The notes: generated from the sequence alone by a model not told the origin. A DNA stretch of 16,558 nt from Candidatus Margulisiibacteriota bacterium (GCA_043816785.1 JBDRHP010000076.1:1-16558), one strand, 5' to 3'; positions 6,036-14,264 are shown, counted from the stretch's first letter. Numbers and translations: made by a program.

Positions 6036-8360
6036 TTAAAACTTTTTCTGCAAGGCGACCTTGGCGGAGCGTTTGTGCTGCAATTTAACAGTCTTGCCCT
6101 GCACATTGACCTGAACAGACTTGCCATCAAGCAGCCAAAAAGTGATCGTTTTATGGTTGACGGATACTTTGATCAAACGGCCCTGCCAGTAAGTGGTAAA
6201 GCCAAGATTTTGCCATTTTTTTGGCAGCCATGGATCAAAACACAAATCCCCACGCCTGATCCGCATGCCGGCAAAACCGTGGATCGCCGTCATCCAGGCG
6301 CCGCCGGTCGCTGCTCCGTGGATACCGTCAGACGCATTCTTGTTTAGATCATATAGGTCTAGGTAGGACGTCTTGATAAAATAGGCATAGGCCCGGCGGT
6401 GGTCGCCCACATCCAACCCCGTGATAGCATGGATACAGGGAGACAGCGATGATTTATGCATGGTCCTGGCTTCGTAATAATTATAGTTCTTTTGCTTGAG
6501 TTGCAAGCCAAAACGATCTGGAAAAAGATACAACAACAAGACCACGTCGGCCTGTTTGAGCAATTGTGTTTGGTCCAGAGTTGAATCATCAACACCCTTG
6601 GGAAACAACGGCATGCCGCCACTGTCCAAATGCCTGATAACATGATCATCCAGCGTCAAATAGCCTTCGAACTGTTCGATCAACTCGGTTTTCTGGTCAT
6701 AAGGAAAGTAAATGGTCTTGGAGACCTTGCGCATCTTATCAATTTCATCAACCTTGAGCTTGATCTTGGCGCTCAGATCCTTCAAAACCTGGGGTGCCTC
6801 CTCACGCATCTGGTTGTAAACAGTAACCGCATATTCCAGGTGCCACATAACCAAGTAATTGGTAAAAGCGTTGTTATCCACATGCTCGTGGAACTCGTCC
6901 GGGCCAATGACCTTGCGGATCTCATTCCGGTCTCGCCTGGACTCGACCCGTGACAGCCAAAAGCGGGCCGTTTGCAGGATTATCTCAGCCCCATATTTGT
7001 AGAGAAAATCGAGGTCGCCCGTTGCCCGTAAGTACTTATAAATTCCGTAAACCACATCGGAAACAATGTGATGCTCTTCATCACCGGTAAAGATCTTGAC
7101 TGAGGATCCGTCCGACCGTAAACCAAAGTCCGGCGTTGTCTCTTGGCCGGTATCGGCGCTTTCCCAGGCGTATTTTGCACCCTGGTAACCCAGTTTGGCC
7201 GCGTTGGCCAGGGCGCCGTCCAGGGTGTAATAGCGATACATCAGCAGGTTACGCGCTTCCTCAGGGAAATTAAAAATGTAGAAAGGCAGCATAAAGATCT
7301 CGGTGTCCCAGAAAACATGGCCTTTATAACCCTCACCGGTCAAGAACTTGGCCGCGATGCTGACCGTGGGATCATGATGCGGCTTGACCGCCAGCAGATG
7401 ATAAATGTTAAAACGAATGCCTTTTTGGGCCTTGCGGTCGCCCTTGATCTGGATATCGGCTCGCTGCCACAACGCTTCACGCGCCGCAAGATGTTTCCTG
7501 AGATGGAAATCAATGCCTTCATACATCATATCCCGCAGCAGGTCTGTGGCAGCTGATTCCAGCTGACGCTCATAGCCTTCGCGGCTGGTAAAGATCGAGA
7601 CCCATTTGGCAAAATCGCAGGTTTTACCGCGCTTGGCCTCAAAGGTCATTTCCTGGGCAAATTTCTCGCCATACATCCGGTTAACCTTGATGATCGGTAT
7701 GCCCTGGCCAAGATAGACCGTGTCTGCCGCCATGGCGATCCGGGTCTTGTTGTCGCGGGTTTCCATTTCCAGATAGATCCGGTCCTCGTCACGTTTCATG
7801 GCCACCACATTCAGGTGCTTGATCCGTTCTTCCGGGAAATAGCCCTGGTTGGTCACGTCACCGTTCAAGCCGCTAATAACCTTGATCTGGCCGAAAAAGT
7901 TCTCCGGCTTGATCGAAACACACATCAGCGCGCCCCGGACCTGATGGGCAAAGACCAAACGTTTGGTCTCGATCTTAAGTATCCTGCCCTTAGGGCACTT
8001 TAAACGGCTGACCCGGTGAAGAATGCCTTTGCGCATATCCAGCGATCTGCGGTGGCTGAGCACAGTGCAGCTGTCAACTGAAAATTTCTGGCCATCACAC
8101 CAGACGGAGAAATCATTCCAGACCGGAGCCTTGACGATCTGGCGGATATAGCTTTCTGACTTGTCAAAGACGCCGGCAATATACATGCCGCGGTAACTGC
8201 CATGAGGGTTCTCTTCCAGGGCGCCGCGCATGCCTAAATAGCCATTGCCGAGCACGAACAGGCTTTCGTATTTAGCCTGCTGCTGAAGATGGAATTTTTT
8301 TTCCTCGATCAGCCAGTCATCCTGGCTCAGCTCAAAATATTTTGAGATCCTAGCGGTCAA
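6036..8360 (-). CDS. Glycoside hydrolase family 65 phosphorylase (kojibiose/trehalose/glucosylglycerol phosphorylase-like)
   Basis: ESLFVLGNGYLGMRG, LTGEGYKGHVFWDTE, catalytic-acid loop IGPDEFHEHVDNNAFTN, LKQADV and HKSSLS. TTG start overlaps the pgmB stop. Confidence 0.95.
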   Translation of the reverse strand: MTARISKYFELSQDDWLIEEKKFHLQQQAKYESLFVLGNGYLGMRGALEENPHGSYRGMYIAGVFDKSESYIRQIVKAPVWNDFSVWCDGQKFSVDSCTVLSHRRSLDMRKGILHRVSRLKCPKGRILKIETKRLVFAHQVRGALMCVSIKPENFFGQIKVISGLNGDVTNQGYFPEERIKHLNVVAMKRDEDRIYLEMETRDNKTRIAMAADTVYLGQGIPIIKVNRMYGEKFAQEMTFEAKRGKTCDFAKWVSIFTSREGYERQLESAATDLLRDMMYEGIDFHLRKHLAAREALWQRADIQIKGDRKAQKGIRFNIYHLLAVKPHHDPTVSIAAKFLTGEGYKGHVFWDTEIFMLPFYIFNFPEEARNLLMYRYYTLDGALANAAKLGYQGAKYAWESADTGQETTPDFGLRSDGSSVKIFTGDEEHHIVSDVVYGIYKYLRATGDLDFLYKYGAEIILQTARFWLSRVESRRDRNEIRKVIGPDEFHEHVDNNAFTNYLVMWHLEYAVTVYNQMREEAPQVLKDLSAKIKLKVDEIDKMRKVSKTIYFPYDQKTELIEQFEGYLTLDDHVIRHLDSGGMPLFPKGVDDSTLDQTQLLKQADVVLLLYLFPDRFGLQLKQKNYNYYEARTMHKSSLSPCIHAITGLDVGDHRRAYAYFIKTSYLDLYDLNKNASDGIHGAATGGAWMTAIHGFAGMRIRRGDLCFDPWLPKKWQNLGFTTYWQGRLIKVSVNHKTITFWLLDGKSVQVNVQGKTVKLQHKRSAKVALQKKF

Positions 8361-9000
8361 GGTTAAGTATCTCCTCCAGGGCGACCTCGCTCAGGTCGTT
8401 GACGATCCGGTTTGCACGGCTCAAAGCTTCAGCATTGTTATGCCGGTTGATGCCGATGCAATAAAAACCGCCGTTAGCTGCCGCGTCTACGCCGGATTTG
8501 GCATCTTCAAAAACCACTGATTCTTTAGGGTCAGCGCCCAAGCGGGCTGCCGCAGTCAAAAATATTTCCGGGTCAGGCTTGCCTTTTTCAAAATCAGCCC
8601 CAGAAACATTAACATCAAACATATCATATAATTTGATCTTTTTCAAAATTCGCACCGCGTTCTTGCTGGAGGAAGCCGCGGCTAGTTTGAGGCCATGGTT
8701 TTTCAGCTGCTGGATAATCTTGACCGAACTCTCAAAGATTTCGATCGTTTCGCTGTCCAATAACTTCTGGTAATAACCTTGTTTGATCTCCCCTGCCTTT
8801 TTTATTTCCTCTGGAGACAATTCAGTCAGGATCGCTGCCGCGCCCTCAAGCCGGGGCCGGCCGTCAACTTTGCCCAGGTAATCCGCCATAGTAAAATCAT
8901 GACCATACTGATTGAACATCTTTTGCCAGGCATTGAAGTGCAGCGGCACCGTGTTAACAATGACGCCGTCGAGGTCAAAAATAGCCGCTTTGATCGCCAC
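8350..9000 (-). CDS. pgmB: Beta-phosphoglucomutase (HAD family)
   Basis: IFDLDGVIVNT...HFNAW, ASSSKNA, GKPDPEIFL and VFEDAKSGV motifs. Adjacent to a GH65 gene, whose product is beta-glucose-1-phosphate. Confidence 0.9.
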   Translation of the reverse strand: MAIKAAIFDLDGVIVNTVPLHFNAWQKMFNQYGHDFTMADYLGKVDGRPRLEGAAAILTELSPEEIKKAGEIKQGYYQKLLDSETIEIFESSVKIIQQLKNHGLKLAAASSSKNAVRILKKIKLYDMFDVNVSGADFEKGKPDPEIFLTAAARLGADPKESVVFEDAKSGVDAAANGGFYCIGINRHNNAEALSRANRIVNDLSEVALEEILNLDR

Positions 9001-10248
9001 CTAAACCGCCATCTCCTCTTGAGCAATAACGAATTTACGTCTTGGCTGGAATTTTTTCTTGCGTGTCTTGGAATAATCCTTGATCGCTTGTTCAAACACT
9101 TTGTAGATATTTTCCGCGTAGATCCTCTTGGTATACATATGCATGATCTGTTCGCGGCCGGTCTTGCCCAGCTTGGCGCTCAGCTTGTCAGATGACAAAA
9201 GTTTAATGATCTTTTCGGCCAGAGCCTCATGATTTCCCTTAGGTATAACATAACCGTTAATGTCGTTCTGGATGATCTCCGGCATGCCGCCCGAATCGGT
9301 CACAATAATGGGCTTAGCCGCAGCCATAGATTCCAACATGGTTAAGCCAAAAGGTTCTTCTGCGGACGAGGGATAGACCACCACGTCAGCCAGACGATAC
9401 AACTCCGGCATTTCCTTTTCCAGGGAGAACGTGTTGATATAAACGCTGTCCTGCAAGCCAAGATGTTTGATCAAGGTCGCAAAAAAAGCAATATCCTTGT
9501 TCTGCGTCAAGCCCCAGTCAATGATATTGCCGCTGCCGGACATGAGAAGCGCTGCGTCAGGTATTTTGTTCTTGACGATCCGAAATGCCTCGATGGTAAT
9601 GTCACAACCTTTGGAAATGCCCAGACGGGCAGGATGAAACACGACTTTTTTCATCTTTTTTAAAGGCGGGTGGTCTTTAAAGATAAAGGGCTTGCTTGTG
9701 CCCGGAGTGAATTTACGCTCATCAATACCATGGTGGACAACATCAACCTTCTCTTCAGGCACTCCGACTGCCACTAATTCACGTTTAATGTAATGGCTGA
9801 TGGCAATGATCCGGTCCCAGGCAACTTTGCAGGTCAAGTCGAGGTACAACTTATCTTTCCAAGCATTGTGCGCGGTTAGGACCAGGGGAACCTTGTGCTG
9901 CAAGGCCCAGTGCTCCACCACCCTGGTATGGTAGCGGCTAAAGTAATGCATATTATGGCAATGGATAACATCAGGCTTGGTCTTGTTAAGGTACCCGAGC
10001 GTTACATCCCAAACGTTATCGTCGACTTCCTGGAAATTGCTTTTGAACAGCCAGTTAAGGTCATAATACTGGTTGCGCGTGATCCCGACCCCTTTGAAAT
10101 CGTAATGTTCAGGATAACCTTCAGCTGATCCGGTCAGCAGAGAAACCTTGTGGCCCATCTTTACCAGTTCCGGCATCAAGGAAACCAGGTGGGTCTCAAC
10201 TCCGCCAATGATCGGCGGAAAACCCCAGTGCAACATAGCAATTTTCAT
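9001..10248 (-). CDS. GT4 family (GT-B fold, retaining) glycosyltransferase
   Basis: N-terminal PPIIGGVETH, PDVIHCHN, PARLGISKG, and EX7E motif EEPFGLTMLESMA...GGMPEII. GAGGTG SD. The stop directly abuts the pgmB GTG. Confidence 0.92.
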   Translation of the reverse strand: MKIAMLHWGFPPIIGGVETHLVSLMPELVKMGHKVSLLTGSAEGYPEHYDFKGVGITRNQYYDLNWLFKSNFQEVDDNVWDVTLGYLNKTKPDVIHCHNMHYFSRYHTRVVEHWALQHKVPLVLTAHNAWKDKLYLDLTCKVAWDRIIAISHYIKRELVAVGVPEEKVDVVHHGIDERKFTPGTSKPFIFKDHPPLKKMKKVVFHPARLGISKGCDITIEAFRIVKNKIPDAALLMSGSGNIIDWGLTQNKDIAFFATLIKHLGLQDSVYINTFSLEKEMPELYRLADVVVYPSSAEEPFGLTMLESMAAAKPIIVTDSGGMPEIIQNDINGYVIPKGNHEALAEKIIKLLSSDKLSAKLGKTGREQIMHMYTKRIYAENIYKVFEQAIKDYSKTRKKKFQPRRKFVIAQEEMAV

Positions 10249-10283
10249 ATTATCAAACTCACCTCACGGGGAAGAATAATAAA

Positions 10284-10312
10284 ATTATGCTTTAAAACGG
10301 AAAAAAAGTCAA
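10284..10312 (-). promoter_or_regulatory. Sigma70-type promoter for the GT4-pgmB-GH65 operon
   Basis: TTGACT (10312-10307), 17-nt spacer, CATAAT (10289-10284). Confidence 0.7.
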
Positions 10313-10320
10313 GGTTACTA

Positions 10321-10329
10321 ATTGTAGCA
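10321..10329 (-). promoter_or_regulatory. Second, extended -10 promoter candidate upstream of GT4
   Basis: TGcTACAAT in the context TTTTTTGTTGGTGCTACAAT, nearly identical to the element before the DUF2490-like gene. Confidence 0.45.
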
Positions 10330-10350
10330 CCAACAAAAAATAGCAGAGAC

Positions 10351-10938
10351 TCAGATTATTTTGAAGAAAGCCTGGATGCCAACGCGGATAAAACGCACCG
10401 CAATAGCGGCAATCAGGATGGCGGCAATCTTGGTCACGATCAAGGAGCCGTTCCTGCCAATGACTTTGAAGACTATCTCGGCAAAGTGGAAAACCAGCCA
10501 GATCAGGGTAAAACAGATCAAGACACCGAGCACGACCGCGGGCAGCTGATAAAGCTTGGTCATGACCAGCACAGTGGTAATGGCGCCTGGGCCAACCAAC
10601 AGCGGGCTGCCCAGGGGCACGACCCCAATATCCTCACGGTGCTCGGCCGCCACCTTGCCTCGCATCAGCACTTCAATGGAAATGATCAGGAGCAGCACGC
10701 CGCCGGCAACGCGCAGATCATCAAGCGTCAGGTCAAAGAGGTCAAGGACAAGGCTGCCGGCAAAAACAAAGAAGGCCATCATGATGAGGCCGGTAAGAAT
10801 AGCGGTCAGGGTAATCCTGCGGCGCTCCGGAGGAGGCACGCCTTCGGTCAAAGCAATATAGAACGGCAGGTTGCCGAACGAATCGGTTATGATAAACAAG
10901 GCGGTCGCTACTTTTATAACTTGTATCCAGAATGCCAT
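10351..10938 (-). CDS. MarC family integral membrane protein
   Basis: LFIITDSFGNLPFY, LRVAGGVLL, VVPLGSPLLVGPGAIT and GRNGSLIVTKI motifs. Start placed at ATG 10938, 1 nt after the YibE/F stop. Confidence 0.9.
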   Translation of the reverse strand: MAFWIQVIKVATALFIITDSFGNLPFYIALTEGVPPPERRRITLTAILTGLIMMAFFVFAGSLVLDLFDLTLDDLRVAGGVLLLIISIEVLMRGKVAAEHREDIGVVPLGSPLLVGPGAITTVLVMTKLYQLPAVVLGVLICFTLIWLVFHFAEIVFKVIGRNGSLIVTKIAAILIAAIAVRFIRVGIQAFFKII

Positions 10939-10939
10939 A

Positions 10940-12148
10940 TTAGCAGGAGAAATTATCATCTTTTGCCCGTCCTTTGTCAAGCAGCCAATCAGATGAAGGT
11001 ATAATTGTTTTTATCTTAGGCCTTGAATACAAAAAGGCAGAGATCAAAGCCGTGATCGGAATGCAAAGCACCAAGCCAATGCTTCCAGCCAATGCCCTCA
11101 CCGCTTCCACCGCGATCATCTCCATATTTAAGATCTTGGAAAAAGACATATTATTGGCAATCAAGAGCAACAGGAGAGGCAAAGTTGATCCTGTGTAAGC
11201 TAAGATCAAGGTATTAGACATGGTTCCCATAACATCCCTTCCGACATTCATGCCCGCGTTAAATAAGTTTTGAAGATTGGCTTCAGGATGAACCTTGCGC
11301 ACTTCATCTATGGATGAAGCTATCGACATGCCAACATCCATGATCGCCCCCAAAGCCCCGATCAAAATACTGCCAAAAAGCAGTCCCTGGTAATTTATCT
11401 TCAGGTCCATGGAGTAAAGTAATATCCTCGACTCCTCCGAGCTCATGCCAGTGAGGTGGATCATGTTGCCGACCACAAACGCCAAAATGCCGGCGATCGC
11501 CACACCCAAAAGAGTTCCAATGGCCGCGGCCACGCTCTTGATGCTTTTACCCCCAACAATTCGAAAAACGATCAAAGAAACTGCCCCGGCAATCAGGACC
11601 GATACCAGCAAGGGATTAAAGCCCCAAAGTGTAAGCGGAAACAAGATGAAAAATATCAAACATATAGTGATGACCAAACTGACCAGCGCTTTAACCCCTT
11701 TCATGCCTCCGATAATTACCAAAAGCAGAGCGAAAAAAAAGGCAAGCCAGTAAATGGGCGTGTCACGGACATAATCCGCGACATTGAAGAGCGGACTGCC
11801 ATCCGGGCTTTCAGCTGGAGGGGGATTTTCATCCACAAAAAGGATAACCCTGTTTCCGGGTTTAAGGATCATCTCCCCTCCCATCATGCCGGAAGCTATA
11901 TGATCAACAGTAACAACTTTTCCCTTAAATTTCCCGGATAGGATCTTTAAAGTGACCTGTTGAGAGATTTCTTTGATTGGAGAATCCTTGTGACCGCCAA
12001 GATCGTAGGTCTCGACTTCGAAAACCTCGGCCTTGGCATATTGCGCTTTGGGAAGATGCTCAAGTTCCCCCTCAGATGCCTCACCCCAATTCGGCAAGAA
12101 GATGATCAGGGCAAATAAGCTCAGTAATAAATAAAATCTAAATCTCAT
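10940..12148 (-). CDS. YibE/F family membrane protein
   Basis: D.VR before the TM block, GGMKGVKALVSL, IGALGAIMDVGMSIAS, GMNVGRDVMGTMSNTLILAYTG, GSIGLVLCIPITA. Confidence 0.92.
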   Translation of the reverse strand: MRFRFYLLLSLFALIIFLPNWGEASEGELEHLPKAQYAKAEVFEVETYDLGGHKDSPIKEISQQVTLKILSGKFKGKVVTVDHIASGMMGGEMILKPGNRVILFVDENPPPAESPDGSPLFNVADYVRDTPIYWLAFFFALLLVIIGGMKGVKALVSLVITICLIFFILFPLTLWGFNPLLVSVLIAGAVSLIVFRIVGGKSIKSVAAAIGTLLGVAIAGILAFVVGNMIHLTGMSSEESRILLYSMDLKINYQGLLFGSILIGALGAIMDVGMSIASSIDEVRKVHPEANLQNLFNAGMNVGRDVMGTMSNTLILAYTGSTLPLLLLLIANNMSFSKILNMEMIAVEAVRALAGSIGLVLCIPITALISAFLYSRPKIKTIIPSSDWLLDKGRAKDDNFSC

Positions 12149-12869
12149 CGGTACCTATAATGCTACCCACTCCAATTTTAATAAAGTCATTTTGGAACTC
12201 TTTTTGAAAAATAGAAATAGCCTTTTCCCCGGTACAATGGCAGGGAGCGATCCTCTTGACGCCCAATTCCTTCAGCTCATTAATTATTCTTCTAACTTGC
12301 TCAGCACGCAAAGTCTTAAGATGAAAACCGCCAATCACGAAGTAAATATCCTTTTTTAGTTTCTTCTTTGAATGACGTACTATGTCCACTATGCCTGGGT
12401 GCGAACAGCCGGTTACAATTATCAAGCCTTTGGGAGTGTCAATTATCAAAGATTGTTCTTTTATTGTTTTTCCCATCTCTCCCGTAGTATATATACCCGG
12501 AATAATTTTCTGAAACTTAATAATCTCAACAAGTTTCGCGCCGGATGCTTTAGCTCTCTTCTTCAAACGCTCTGAAAAGGACTTTAAAAAATAGACTTTC
12601 TGACTTGGCTGCCTGCCTGCCGGCAAGGCAGGTAAAACTGCTGAAACTCCATCAACATGGTCCCAATGCTTGTGAGATATGACCACAAACTCAATACATT
12701 TTGGGTCCGATCCCATCTTTTTCATGTTGGCAGAAAGAACCTCAGCGTTTCCCCCTGCATCAAAAAGGATATTTCTTCCTTTGTATTTCACAAGCGCTGA
12801 GAATCCCCAGGCTGCTTTTATGTTTTTGCTGACCGAAACATTATCATAATAAATTTTTATCACAGGCAT
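12138..12869 (-). CDS. MBL-fold metallo-hydrolase (COG1237-like)
   Basis: YYDN, WGFSAL, ILFDAG, SHKHWDHVDG (HxHxDH), GCSHPG, GGFHL and PCHCTG. Start placed at ATG 12869. Confidence 0.92.
   Translation of the reverse strand: MPVIKIYYDNVSVSKNIKAAWGFSALVKYKGRNILFDAGGNAEVLSANMKKMGSDPKCIEFVVISHKHWDHVDGVSAVLPALPAGRQPSQKVYFLKSFSERLKKRAKASGAKLVEIIKFQKIIPGIYTTGEMGKTIKEQSLIIDTPKGLIIVTGCSHPGIVDIVRHSKKKLKKDIYFVIGGFHLKTLRAEQVRRIINELKELGVKRIAPCHCTGEKAISIFQKEFQNDFIKIGVGSIIGTDEI
12612..12632. repeat. REP-like palindrome copy 2, in frame inside the MBL gene
   Basis: CCTGCCTGCCGGCAAGGCAGG (21 nt) is the copy-1 core plus one A. It encodes PALPAGR on the minus strand. Confidence 0.85.
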
Positions 12870-12919
12870 ATTTAATTCGCTTCTCCAAACAAAATTCAGT
12901 GATTCCTTATTTGCCATCC

Positions 12920-13284
12920 TTAATGACAGCTATGTTCTCGGCAGGCTTTGTCAATGGAAAGCTCACTAAGCTTTCCATCCTGGAATTCTTCAAGCATATC
13001 GGCAACCGTGCCAGCATCGGACCTATAGACTTTGATGCCAGCCTCGCCCAATTTACTTATCGCGCGCAATCCCATCCCCCGACAGATCACTATATAAAAT
13101 GGTTTGAATTTAATACTGTCAAGGGATTACAAGCACCATGGATATGCCCTTGATTAGAATTAGAAATATTCTCAACAGCTTTAGTATTAGTATCGTAGAT
13201 CAAGAAGAACGGCGCGCCGCCGAAATGATCATAAATCTTTGACCTTAGCCATTCATTGTTTTCAACAGGTATACATATCCTCAT
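12920..13284 (-). pseudogene. NifB/NifX (dinitrogenase FeMo-cofactor domain) family protein with a single-base frameshift
   Basis: The 5' half MRICIP...HFGGAPFF...HIHGACNP stops at TAG 13092-13090. The shifted frame continues IVICRGMGLRAISKLGEAGIKVYR...ACREHSCH to TAA at 12922-12920. The span is 365 nt (3n-1). Confidence 0.88.
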
Positions 13285-13770
13285 TTAGAGCCCCCTTCTG
13301 CATCTTCCCTGGCCTTTACCCCCGCCCCAGCCTCGACCACGAGGCCCTCTTGCCAAACCCCTGTCCTGCGGCGCGCGGTGGAGGTTTTTACTTTTACATT
13401 TCGGACAGGCATCTGGCCGGCCTGTGCCGTGAGGCAATGACCATTCATGCTTGCAGTCATAGCAAACAAATTGTCTTTCAACCATTTTCACCTCACCCCC
13501 TTCTATCTTTATTGCTTTTGAGTTAATGATCGCGTCCGCGATCTTTTTATGCGCGGAATCAATGATGTTACCGAAGGTCTGGCGAGAGACGTTCATCTTT
13601 TTGGCGGCACCCTCCTGGTACATGCCTTCCAGGTCAGCCAGCCGTATGGCCTCGAACTCGTCCAGCTGGAGAATCACTTCCTCGAGCTCGTTCAATGGAA
13701 TCCCTCTCGGCTTAAAATAATCTCTCCCCGGCCTGCGGCTCACTCTTCTGCGTCTAAAAGGTCTTGGCAT
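13285..13770 (-). CDS. DUF134 family predicted DNA-binding protein with C-terminal Zn-ribbon and Gly/Arg tail
   Basis: MPRP..RR, YFKPRGIP, LDEFEAIRLADLEGMYQEGAAKKMNVSRQTF (HTH), AHKKIADA..IEGG, then CYDC...CPKC. Confidence 0.92.
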   Translation of the reverse strand: MPRPFRRRRVSRRPGRDYFKPRGIPLNELEEVILQLDEFEAIRLADLEGMYQEGAAKKMNVSRQTFGNIIDSAHKKIADAIINSKAIKIEGGEVKMVERQFVCYDCKHEWSLPHGTGRPDACPKCKSKNLHRAPQDRGLARGPRGRGWGGGKGQGRCRRGL

Positions 13771-13780
13771 ATCTTTTTCC

Positions 13781-13804
13781 TATTATTGGCATATGCCAAT
13801 AATA
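13781..13804. promoter_or_regulatory. Perfect 24-bp palindrome, candidate operator
   Basis: TATTATTGGCAT|ATGCCAATAATA lies 10 nt upstream of the DUF134 ATG and overlaps the -10 box. Confidence 0.8.
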
Positions 13805-13827
13805 ATTCATCCATCGAGATTTGTCAA
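13799..13827 (-). promoter_or_regulatory. Sigma70-type promoter of the DUF134 operon
   Basis: TTGACA (13827-13822), 17-nt spacer, TATTAT (13804-13799). Confidence 0.8.
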
Positions 13828-13859
13828 GCCTTTGTGATAAAATACAGATAAGGGCAACG

Positions 13860-14258
13860 ATGTTTAAAGCCAGAATGTATAATAAAAAAGCTGCCTCAAA
13901 GAAAAGCAAGCCAGAAGAAATCCTGAAGGTCCTTAACCAAAAGCCTGGACAAAAAATCGCGGACATCGGCTCTGGCGGGGGTTACTTCACGCTTAGGTTC
14001 GCTGAAGCCATAGGCGATCAAGGCAAGGTCTGCGCCATCGACACCAAAGAAAAATACCGGAAAAAATTCAAAGCCAACGGCAGATTAGCTGTTATTGAAT
14101 ACAAATCCGGCGGCAATATCTTTAATTTTAAACGCTTCTTCGGGCATAATGTGCCAAAAGAAAAGATCATTACTGAATTAGGGCAGGCTGGTTATCAAAA
14201 GATTGAAGAATATGGTTTTTTGCCGGAACAATCCTTCTGCCTCTTTTCTCCTGCTTAA
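13860..14258 (+). pseudogene. Class I SAM-dependent methyltransferase, apparently with an in-frame internal deletion
   Basis: Motif I KIADIGSGGGYF and GKVCAID are present, then the sequence jumps almost directly to FKANGRLAVIEY. The motif II and post-II region appears to be missing. Only about 132 aa. Confidence 0.65.
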
Positions 14259-14264
14259 CCGTAC

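Noticed and set aside
5984..6130. Upstream extension of the 5237..6130 ORF
   Set aside because: It overlaps the GH65 3' end and precedes the signal peptide and promoter-like element.
10150..11004. 284-aa plus-strand ORF, and other antisense ORFs such as 2807..3385, 3550..4035, 11456..11941 and 14537..15082
   Set aside because: They are shadows of well-supported minus-strand genes and show no recognisable motifs.
10351..12869. Antibiotic resistance inferred from the MarC and metallo-beta-lactamase fold names
   Set aside because: MarC is not established as a resistance determinant. The MBL protein has no signal peptide and carries COG1237-type motifs rather than class B beta-lactamase ones.
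12920..13284. Nitrogen fixation inferred from the NifB/NifX domain
   Set aside because: This domain family is widespread in non-diazotrophs, and no nif genes are in the window.
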